From a virus (lineage: Duplodnaviria; Caudoviricetes), in the IMG/VR virus record IMGVR_UViG_3300048998_000206, positions 1-41,081 of that record: a stretch of DNA of 41,081 bases. One strand, given 5' to 3'. The notes below the pieces were generated by a model. The model had not been told where the DNA came from. It ran no database searches and saw only the letters and a program-made list of their open reading frames with translations. The translations under genes and the position numbers were made by a program. The number at the start of each line of letters is the position of its first letter. Position 1 is the first letter of the stretch. Positions 33,839-41,081 of this stretch are shown here, in pieces.

Positions 33839-34446
33839 GCGGCCCTCGCTGTCCGCGCGATCGAGAGCAGCAGATCGCGAAACGCCGGCGGGGTCGCGGC
33901 GCGCTGATGCTTGCTGAGCCTCTGGCATGCGCCGGTCTTGACCGCACGGGCTCGCTCTGCCGCGCTGTGAAAGTTCTGGTCGAGCCGCGCGAAGTCACCA
34001 CGGGCCCGCCACGTCATCGACGGTAGATCGCAAAGGAACGCGTACAGCCACGTCGCCTTTCGCGCGCGGTGGCCGTAGGCGCCCTGTTCGACGCAACACG
34101 TCCAGCCACCGATGCCGTCCGCGACGGACCCGCCGCCGCCGCGCAGCGGTCGCATCAGCCCATGTCGGCGCCACGCGTGGGAGGCCTCGGGGTGCTCGAG
34201 CACTCCGCCGAACTCGCGCACGACCGCGAGAGCCGCAGCGAAGCACCCGGCGTCATCGCCGAGCACCCGCCGAACTCGCGCTGACGGGCCACCACCCCAG
34301 TACCGACCCCACCGCTCGCACGGCGGGTGTGCGACGACCGGCCACGGACCGGCGTACTTGCGGGCGTCGCGTTGCTCGTCCCACGGATCGACGTCGGGCA
34401 TGCCGAAGTAGCAGCCGCCGGTCTGGACGTACAGCGCGGCGATCAC
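33835..34446 (-). CDS. Atypical short C5-cytosine DNA methyltransferase-like protein
   Basis: AHPPC (motif IV), VLEHP (motif VI variant) and QGAYGHRARKATWL (motif VIII); lacks the canonical FxGxG. Confidence 0.7.
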   Translation of the reverse strand: MIAALYVQTGGCYFGMPDVDPWDEQRDARKYAGPWPVVAHPPCERWGRYWGGGPSARVRRVLGDDAGCFAAALAVVREFGGVLEHPEASHAWRRHGLMRPLRGGGGSVADGIGGWTCCVEQGAYGHRARKATWLYAFLCDLPSMTWRARGDFARLDQNFHSAAERARAVKTGACQRLSKHQRAATPPAFRDLLLSIARTARAA

Positions 34447-34606
34447 CGTGATCCTCCGCGCTCACCCTGAGCCGTCCGGACCTCGACGAATTCCGTGCAC
34501 TGCTCGCCGCGATCGTGCGGAGGCAACGCGCCATGAACGCCGTAGGTCTCGCCGCAGTTCTTGCACACCCTGAACAGCTGGCGCGCTGTCGTCGTGACCG
34601 GCGCCA

Positions 34607-34607
<1 letters not shown>
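34443..34607 (-). CDS. Small zinc-finger-like protein (54 aa; absent from the ORF track)
   Basis: Translated by hand as MAPVTTTARQLFRVCKNCGETYGVHGALPPHDRGEQCTEF...; TGATG and GTGA coupling, GGAGG RBS. Confidence 0.7.
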
Positions 34608-35491
<884 letters not shown>

Positions 35492-35722
35492 CTACGCCGC
35501 CTTCTCGGCGCGGGGTCCGCGCAGCGCGATCTGGACGTGGTTGATCCCGCCGCGCCGTGCGCAGCGCGCGCTGCCCGACCAGCGGCCCTTGCGCCCGCAC
35601 GTACAATCCCAGCGGTAGACCTGCAGGTACACCGACGGTGCCCGCGTGATGTCGATCGTGATCGTGTGCGCCGCGGAGATCAGCGTGCCGGTCTCTGGGT
35701 CGCGGATCGCCTCGGCCCTCAC
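35492..35722 (-). CDS. Hypothetical protein with CxC...H motif (76 aa)
   Basis: WDCTCGRKGRW...NH; GTGA coupling. Confidence 0.65.
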   Translation of the reverse strand: MRAEAIRDPETGTLISAAHTITIDITRAPSVYLQVYRWDCTCGRKGRWSGSARCARRGGINHVQIALRGPRAEKAA

Positions 35723-35919
35723 GTGTTGTCCCCACGGCGCCGTGTGACGTGCTGATCGTCGCTGGCCCACTCGTTTGCCCAGCTGGCCGGCTCGGCGTCA
35801 TCGCGCATGCGCTCGATCCGCATCAGCTGTTGGTCGAGCGCATGCAGTTCGGGGCTCGAGCAGAGCGCGAGCCGGCGGCCGATGTCGGCGACCATGCCGC
35901 GGCGCTGATCGCTGGTCAC
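35719..35919 (-). CDS. Hypothetical protein (66 aa)
   Basis: GTGA coupling at both ends. Confidence 0.65.
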   Translation of the reverse strand: MTSDQRRGMVADIGRRLALCSSPELHALDQQLMRIERMRDDAEPASWANEWASDDQHVTRRRGDNT

Positions 35920-36176
35920 GCGGCCTCGGCGGCCGGCGGATGGTCCTCAATCGGCGGCGGCGCCGGGGTGATCGGGGTGACGAGGTCGGCGGGCGTGGTG
36001 CCGAGCACGCGCGCGACAGGGTCGAGCCGCTCGAGCGGGATGACGGTGGTGCCCGACTCCCACCGGCACCAGCCCTCTGGGGTGACGCGCGCGCGGCGGG
36101 CACACGCTGCCTGCGTGAGCCCCATCGCCTCGCGTCGGATTCGGATGTTGCGCCTCACGACTTCCGGAGTGGTCAT
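35916..36176 (-). CDS. XRE-family (Cro-like) HTH transcriptional regulator (86 aa)
   Basis: NIRIRREAMGLTQAACARRARVT...WCRWESG...P...LDPVARVLGTTPADL. Confidence 0.92.
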   Translation of the reverse strand: MTTPEVVRRNIRIRREAMGLTQAACARRARVTPEGWCRWESGTTVIPLERLDPVARVLGTTPADLVTPITPAPPPIEDHPPAAEAA

Positions 36177-36354
36177 TCCGGATTGATGCACCGCCGCAGC
36201 GTCAGGTGTCAATCACGATGCGCATCGACAGCGGAGGCGTATCAAGTCATGTGACCGATACAAAAGGAGTTTTTCTCGCAGATCCCTGGAGATCGAATTC
36301 GGCGTCGCTTCATGCGCAGTTGACTATTGCGTATCGCGTCGGCATATATGGGTC
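36177..36354. promoter_or_regulatory. Divergent early promoter region
   Basis: AT-richer gap. Minus strand: TTGACA (36212-36207)-N18-CATCAAT-N5-ATG. Plus strand: TTGACT (36320-25)-N17-CATATAT-N5-ATG. Confidence 0.7.
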
Positions 36355-36606
36355 ATGTCCCAAGCGAAGTGGCCCACCCTCTCGACCCCCCAAGAGCAGA
36401 TCGTCACCGCGATGCGCGACGCTGGTCGCGAGGAGCTGATCAACTACGCCGGCGCGGCCCACCGCGACGCGACCGCGGCCTGGGTGTGCTTCCACTGGCT
36501 CGCCGATCGCAACGCCCTTGGCCCGGTGCTCAAGAGCCGAGCCCTCAACAGCCAGGGTGGCCACACGACGCCCGATATGTTCGTCGCGCAGTTCGCCCGG
36601 GGCTGA
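36355..36606 (+). CDS. Hypothetical protein, first rightward early gene (83 aa)
   Basis: ATG directly downstream of the promoter candidate; coding-like codon usage. Confidence 0.7.
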   Translation: MSQAKWPTLSTPQEQIVTAMRDAGREELINYAGAAHRDATAAWVCFHWLADRNALGPVLKSRALNSQGGHTTPDMFVAQFARG

Positions 36607-36663
36607 CAGCTGCGCCGGCCGAGCGCCGATCCTTGCCGATCGGCGTTCGACCGGGCACAGCTG
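36607..36663 (+). other. Long imperfect intergenic hairpin (~25-bp stem)
   Basis: CAGCTGCGCCGGCCGAGCGCCGATC-cttgcc-GATCGGCGTTCGACCGGGCACAGCTG. Confidence 0.75.
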
Positions 36664-36680
36664 CCCTTGGGAGGAATAGC

Positions 36681-36971
36681 ATGATGGATCAGGTTGAGAG
36701 GACGATCGCCCGCACCGCGCGGGCCGAGGCGATCGCCAAAGCATTGATGGCCGAGCACGCGGAGCTCGGCGACTCCCCGCACGTCGCGCGGGCCGAGGCG
36801 ATCGCGGAGATGGTCGGGGCGATCGCGCTGATCGCGGCGCAGGGCGCGTCCCCCGTCGACTCGATCATGGTCGCGCTCGCCGGGCTGTCGATGGCCGGTT
36901 CGATCGCCGCGATCTCCAGCCGGCCGCACCCGAGCATGACGAGCACACCGCCGAGCGGGGTCGTCTCGTGA
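36681..36971 (+). CDS. Hypothetical protein (96 aa)
   Basis: GGAGGA RBS; internal ARAEAIA repeat. Confidence 0.75.
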   Translation: MMDQVERTIARTARAEAIAKALMAEHAELGDSPHVARAEAIAEMVGAIALIAAQGASPVDSIMVALAGLSMAGSIAAISSRPHPSMTSTPPSGVVS

Positions 36972-37180
36972 TCGACCTGCCTAAGCTCGAGCCGATCGCG
37001 TACGACCGGCTGCCGCTCATCACGCCGGTCGACTGTCCGCTCTGCGGCGCGCCGGTGTTCATCCCGTCGGACTCCGATCGCGAGCGCGTCACGTGCGTCG
37101 ACATGGATTGCGGAGCCGAGCTGGTGACGCGCCTGCTGATCGACGGCGTCGCGCTCGACCAGCTGGCCGAGGTTGAGTGA
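36968..37180 (+). CDS. Zinc-ribbon protein (70 aa)
   Basis: CPLCGA...VTCVDMDCGAEL. Confidence 0.75.
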   Translation: MIDLPKLEPIAYDRLPLITPVDCPLCGAPVFIPSDSDRERVTCVDMDCGAELVTRLLIDGVALDQLAEVE

Positions 37181-37410
37181 TGGACTTCGCGTTGTACAGC
37201 ACCGGCATGTTCGGCTTCGGCGCGATCACCGGAGCCCTGCTGTTCTTCGTCGTCGACCGCGTCTCGAGACGCCGGGCGGATATGCCAGCCGCGACGCCGC
37301 GCGCGATCGCCGCGCATCAGCGATCGACGAGACTCGCGTTGCCGCCCAACCGGCGCCGCCAGGTCATCCCGATCACCAGCTTCACCGACCACGAGGACAC
37401 CCGCCCATGA
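37177..37410 (+). CDS. Small single-TM membrane protein
   Basis: GMFGFGAITGALLFFVV followed by a basic patch. Confidence 0.7.
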   Translation: MMDFALYSTGMFGFGAITGALLFFVVDRVSRRRADMPAATPRAIAAHQRSTRLALPPNRRRQVIPITSFTDHEDTRP

Positions 37411-37694
37411 TCACCGAGACCGCGCCGATCCCCGATCATTCGATCGGGCTCGAGGAGTTCTACGGCCGGATGTTCCGCGCCGCGATCGACGGCGCTCGCG
37501 CCGGCCAGTACATGACGCTCTCCGTGTGGGGGTGCGTCGCGGCCCGCGCTCTCGACACCCTGGCCGCAGACATCGGGGTCACCGTAGAGCACGACGAGTA
37601 CCCGAGCCAGGATCAGCCGGTTGGTGATCTGATCCGGGTCGCTCGCATCGTCATCCCGTCCACTGGTGGTTCGATCACGGTGCACCTGTCATGA
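37407..37694 (+). CDS. Hypothetical protein (95 aa)
   Basis: GAGGA RBS; ATGA coupling. Confidence 0.7.
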   Translation: MITETAPIPDHSIGLEEFYGRMFRAAIDGARAGQYMTLSVWGCVAARALDTLAADIGVTVEHDEYPSQDQPVGDLIRVARIVIPSTGGSITVHLS

Positions 37695-37927
37695 GCTGGC
37701 CAGCCATGATCCTCACTGGCACGCCGCCTGTGGTCCGCGCTCGTAGCGCTCTGCGCGAGGGAATCTGCTACCTGCTGCCGATGACGTACGATCAGCTGCG
37801 CGCCGAACTGCGCGCCGAGTACGATCCCAAGCTGCGGGACGAGAGGCTCGACCTCGCGCTCTCTGCGCTGGTGCGCGCCAAGGAGATCCGGCTGCGCAAC
37901 GGCGTCTATCACCTGGTGCCGCGATGA
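37691..37927 (+). CDS. Small winged-helix-like protein (78 aa)
   Basis: PMTYDQLRAEL...LDLALSALVRAKEI...NGVYHL. Confidence 0.6.
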   Translation: MSWPAMILTGTPPVVRARSALREGICYLLPMTYDQLRAELRAEYDPKLRDERLDLALSALVRAKEIRLRNGVYHLVPR

Positions 37928-38439
37928 GCCACTGGCGCGACGTGCACCGGCGCGGCAACCCGGACTTCTTGTTCGCCGAGGACCTCGGTTCCCCAGGGAC
38001 CGCGGTCGTCGTGCAGCTCGCCGCGATCCTGCCGCGAGCGAAGATGCGCGCGGCAGGAAGCAACACCGGCGAGATGCCGGCGTGCACGTTCGTCGGCAAG
38101 GGCCCCAAGAAGCTGGGCCTGAACCGCACGAACTGCAAGGTGCTCGAGACGCTGACCGGGACTTCTGAGGTCGAGCGCTGGGCCGGCACGTGGGTCGTGC
38201 TGACGGTGGTGCGCACGTCGTACCCCGACCAAGTCACGCATACGAAGATGGAGACCGACGCGATCCGCATCGCACCCGACCGGCCGAGCGCGCAACAGAT
38301 CGCCGAGGCCGAGCAGCGGCGCGGACCGGCGGGCGGGCGGGCGGCGGGCAAGGCCGCGTCCAGGGCCGGGGACTCCGCGCTCACGGCAGAGGAGATCGCC
38401 GAGCACGAGCGCATCGAGCGCGAGGAGCGACGCCAGTGA
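37924..38439 (+). CDS. Putative ssDNA-binding/OB-fold recombination protein
   Basis: KKLGLNRTN...W.G..V.L...DAIRI pattern, commonly found next to phage exonucleases; acidic tail. Confidence 0.55.
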   Translation: MSHWRDVHRRGNPDFLFAEDLGSPGTAVVVQLAAILPRAKMRAAGSNTGEMPACTFVGKGPKKLGLNRTNCKVLETLTGTSEVERWAGTWVVLTVVRTSYPDQVTHTKMETDAIRIAPDRPSAQQIAEAEQRRGPAGGRAAGKAASRAGDSALTAEEIAEHERIEREERRQ

Positions 38440-39062
38440 TCACCCGCGACATCGACGCCCTCTACGATCATCGCTCGGAGCCGGATGCCCGCAGCGTGCT
38501 CGAGGATCTACAACTCGAGGAGGGGGCTCGCAGTACGCGCCTGGGGCTCGCGCTCTGGTTTATACACGCCGTCGGCGGCGACGTCGTCGTCGGCGTCGTC
38601 GCCAGCGTCGTCGGCGGCGACGCTGGCGACGACGCCGCCGACGACGACGCCGGCGACGCCGCCGACGCCGTCGGCGGCGACGGCGGTCGCGACGCCGACG
38701 CTTGGCGCAACATCACTAGCTTGATCAACAAGGAACCAGACATGAAGGACGGGCTGAAAATCATCCGGGTCACCGGCGCGTACTACGGGTACGCGGTGAC
38801 GAAGATCGCGTGGATCCGGCGCATCGTCGGCGACGAGTGGGAGATGATGCCTGGCGCGAGGACCATCATCCGCACCGGGTCGCCGAGGACGCTCGATAGC
38901 CTGGCAGCGCACGGGCCGCGCAAGGATCACACGCTGACCGATCCCGCGATCGGCAGCGAGGAACTCAACCGGCTGATGATCCGCCGGTCGCTGCCGGCCG
39001 ACGAGATCGCCTGGGGCGATCTGTGCCCGCGGCCGGTCGGCTGGGTCGAGGCCGAGTCGTGA
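38436..39062 (+). CDS. Hypothetical protein with G/A/D/V low-complexity tract; probable internal start at 38742
   Basis: GTGA coupling; AAGGA plus ATG at 38742 is in the same frame. Confidence 0.65.
   Translation: MITRDIDALYDHRSEPDARSVLEDLQLEEGARSTRLGLALWFIHAVGGDVVVGVVASVVGGDAGDDAADDDAGDAADAVGGDGGRDADAWRNITSLINKEPDMKDGLKIIRVTGAYYGYAVTKIAWIRRIVGDEWEMMPGARTIIRTGSPRTLDSLAAHGPRKDHTLTDPAIGSEELNRLMIRRSLPADEIAWGDLCPRPVGWVEAES
38568..38702. repeat. GNC-triplet tract containing a 19-bp perfect inverted repeat
   Basis: 40 of 45 codons are GNC; arms at 38592-38610 and 38618-38636. Confidence 0.9.
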
Positions 39063-39961
39063 TCGACGACGACGACGACGACGAGAACGAGGCACGCGAT
39101 CATCCGGTCGCCGGCGATCGCATCATCGACCCGCGCGATGTCCCGGTGCGCTTCCATCACCTGCGCGCGATGGGGCAGTCGCCGCAGCACGCGTACCACG
39201 CGTTCCAGGCTGAGGCCGGGGACACGCTGAGCAAGCTGCTCGGCAGCGGCACGCACGCGGTGCTGTTCGATCGGCCGTTCGCGGTTTGGTCCGAGCCCGC
39301 GACCTACAAGGCGGGGCCGCGCAAGGGCGAGCCGACCGGCAAGCTGTCGCCGCGCGCCGCGACCAACGGCAAGTGGGTCGAGTTCCAGGCACGATACCGC
39401 GACGCGGTGATCATGACGCCGAGCGAGATGGCGATCGCCCGCGGCATGGTCACCGCGATCCGCAGCAACCGAGATGCCGCGGCGCTGCTCGATGCCGACG
39501 GGCTGCACGTCGAGGAGACGATCTACTTCGACCAGCTCGGCCGCAAGCGCCGCAGCACGCCCGACATCTGGACGGTCGACGGGCTCGACCTCGAGGAGAA
39601 GCGCGGTGGTTTCGTCGCCGAGCTCAAGACCACGCGGTGCGCGAACCCGTTCGTGTTCTGGCGCGACGTGAAGCGGTACAGCTACCACGCGCAGATCGCC
39701 GACCAGGGCAGGGCGATCGCCGCGCGCACCGGCAAGGTGCCGAGCTCGAGCTACATCATCGCGGTCGAGTCGTCGCCGCCGCACGTCGTCCAGGTCTATC
39801 GGCTGCCGTGGCCGATGATCGAGGACGGCGAGCAGCTCTGCTCGATCTGGCTCGATCGCCTGATGGTCGTCGAGGCCGCTGGCCAGTGGTCGACGGGCTA
39901 CGCGAGCGGCGTGATCGACCTCGAGTTCCCCGACTTCGGCGCGCCGCGCGCGGCCGAGTAG
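39059..39961 (+). CDS. Exonuclease VIII/RecE-like PD-(D/E)xK nuclease (DUF3799-like)
   Basis: SPQH, GSGTHAVL, VEET, TPDIW...ELKTT, YSYHAQ and IAVESSPPH. Confidence 0.88.
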   Translation: MIDDDDDDENEARDHPVAGDRIIDPRDVPVRFHHLRAMGQSPQHAYHAFQAEAGDTLSKLLGSGTHAVLFDRPFAVWSEPATYKAGPRKGEPTGKLSPRAATNGKWVEFQARYRDAVIMTPSEMAIARGMVTAIRSNRDAAALLDADGLHVEETIYFDQLGRKRRSTPDIWTVDGLDLEEKRGGFVAELKTTRCANPFVFWRDVKRYSYHAQIADQGRAIAARTGKVPSSSYIIAVESSPPHVVQVYRLPWPMIEDGEQLCSIWLDRLMVVEAAGQWSTGYASGVIDLEFPDFGAPRAAE

Positions 39962-39981
39962 TCATTTCAGCTGAAACGACC
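39961..39981 (+). promoter_or_regulatory. 21-bp near-palindrome copy 2 (operator-like)
   Basis: GTCATTTCAGCTGAAACGACC at the exonuclease stop; identical to the reverse complement of 27422-27442. Confidence 0.75.
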
Positions 39982-40000
39982 GTTTACCGAGGAGGGATCA

Positions 40001-40198
40001 GTGGCACTCGTTTATCAGGTGACGATGGATGGTCGCGACGTCGACGGGGCAGGCAGCCTCGCGATGGCCGCGGAGTACGCGCGCAGGGCAGCGCGTGGAC
40101 GGCCGGGCGCGATCGCCTGCGTCGACAACCTCCAGGGCGAGCGCGTCGCCGAGTACGTGATCGACGCGAACGGCGATCTTCGCGCGTGGGTGCGCTGA
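40001..40198 (+). CDS. Hypothetical protein (65 aa)
   Basis: GAGGAGG RBS with GTG start. Confidence 0.75.
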   Translation: MALVYQVTMDGRDVDGAGSLAMAAEYARRAARGRPGAIACVDNLQGERVAEYVIDANGDLRAWVR

Positions 40199-40431
40199 TG
40201 CCGGCGTACTCCCCGGCGCGCCGCCGCTCGCTGCTCGACAAGGGCCTGTGCGGCACGTGCATGTGCAGGCCGCGGCTCGAGGGGCGCACCGAATGCTCGG
40301 TGTGCCTGCAGCGACGGAACAACTACACGAGGCATGCGAAGCCAGGATCGTGGTGCATCGACTGCCAGGCCTGTGGCTTCCATCGCGACGGCTGCCCGGC
40401 CGCGCCGGGCGTCGAGCGGAGGGCGAAGTAG
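40198..40431 (+). CDS. Cys-rich zinc-finger protein (77 aa)
   Basis: GLCGTC...CSVC...CIDC..C..H...C; TGATG coupling. Confidence 0.7.
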   Translation: MPAYSPARRRSLLDKGLCGTCMCRPRLEGRTECSVCLQRRNNYTRHAKPGSWCIDCQACGFHRDGCPAAPGVERRAK

Positions 40432-40707
40432 ATGGCGACGCTGCGGTACGCCGCCGAGCTGCCCAGCGACATCACGATGCTGGCCGATCTACGGCGCGAG
40501 CTGATCGCCGTGCAGTCCGACCTAGCTGACGCGCGCACAGCGCTGGTCGCCGAGGAGACCGGCGCCGAGCCCGCCACGGTCAGCTTCTGGCGCGGCCGGG
40601 CACAGGAGGCGACGCGGTTGCTGCGGCTAGAGCGCGAGCAGCGGATCTCCTTGGAGACGAGATCAGCATCTTCGCCGTCTGGATCCGATCGCAGCCAACG
40701 CCGATAG
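40432..40707 (+). CDS. Hypothetical coiled-coil-like protein (91 aa)
   Basis: ATG directly after the upstream stop, with GGAGG upstream. Confidence 0.7.
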   Translation: MATLRYAAELPSDITMLADLRRELIAVQSDLADARTALVAEETGAEPATVSFWRGRAQEATRLLRLEREQRISLETRSASSPSGSDRSQRR

Positions 40708-40750
40708 TGGACTGCTGCGCGTTTTGCGCAGCACCACCCTAGGAGCTGAT

Positions 40751-41011
40751 ATGCGTTTCGCCCTGATCGTGATCCTGTCGATGACCGCCTGCCTACCCGT
40801 TGCATCGCCGTCCGAGCCCGACACCTCAACGGCCGATCAAGCCGACGAGCAGCTCCCGCCGGCCACGCCGACCTGCGCGTCGCTCGGTTGCCCGTACGCG
40901 CCGAGCGGCAACCCGTCGATCTGGGCGCCATGCTCAGGCAACTACTGCTGGTGCGGCCACCCGGCGCAGGCCTGCGTGGTCAACCAGGTCGACACCTGCC
41001 CGCACTGCTGA
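40751..41011 (+). CDS. Cys-rich putative lipoprotein (86 aa)
   Basis: AGGAG RBS; MRFALIVILSMTAC lipobox, acidic linker and eight further Cys. Confidence 0.75.
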   Translation: MRFALIVILSMTACLPVASPSEPDTSTADQADEQLPPATPTCASLGCPYAPSGNPSIWAPCSGNYCWCGHPAQACVVNQVDTCPHC

Positions 41012-41081
41012 CCCGCCCCGGATTGGGCGGGTCGAAAAAAGTCGAGATATCCCTGCAACCGGGGCAGGGGACGAGGTTCTA
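40912..41081. repeat. Terminal direct repeat, right copy (170 bp)
   Basis: Matches 1-184 minus one 14-bp unit. Confidence 0.97.

Noticed and set aside
38568-39082. Diversity-generating retroelement or CRISPR array
   Set aside because: No reverse transcriptase, no template/variable repeat pair and no repeat-spacer periodicity. The (GAC)6 run near 39065 is only a poly-Asp tract.

Overview
The window appears to be an essentially complete, circularly closed ~40.9-kb genome of a very GC-rich (roughly 70% by eye) tailed bacteriophage with a podovirus-type (short-tail, ejection-protein) virion module. Its two ends repeat each other (1-184 vs 40912-41081), except for a 14-bp tandem duplication in the left copy. 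Transcription diverges from ~36.2 kb and converges at ~1.7 kb. The long minus-strand arm encodes, in order: an XRE/Cro-like regulator, replication initiator, two unusual DNA methyltransferases, a PD-(D/E)xK nuclease, HNH, a collagen-repeat protein, candidate TerS, a zinc-ribbon/GNAT cassette, TerL, portal, scaffold, major capsid, head-tail and nozzle proteins, four ejection-type proteins, an SGNH esterase virion protein and a lysis cassette with an amidase. The plus-strand arm carries small early genes, an ssDNA-binding-like protein, an exonuclease VIII-like protein and two small Cys-rich lipoproteins. No integrase, CI-type repressor, polymerase, helicase, tRNA or CRISPR array was seen. A myxobacterial (Myxococcota) host is suggested by the GC content and lipoprotein style, but this is inference only. 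The most notable non-obvious signals are: an identical 21-bp near-palindrome in both arms; a repeated bipartite ECF-sigma-like promoter; a frameshifting 14-bp duplication that fuses a lipoprotein to the next gene; a self-complementary GNC-codon tract; an S74 autocleavage domain on a pilot-like protein next to a protein with a duplicated unknown domain; and a holin-like/lipoprotein-like hybrid. All product calls come from motif recognition and gene order, with no database search.
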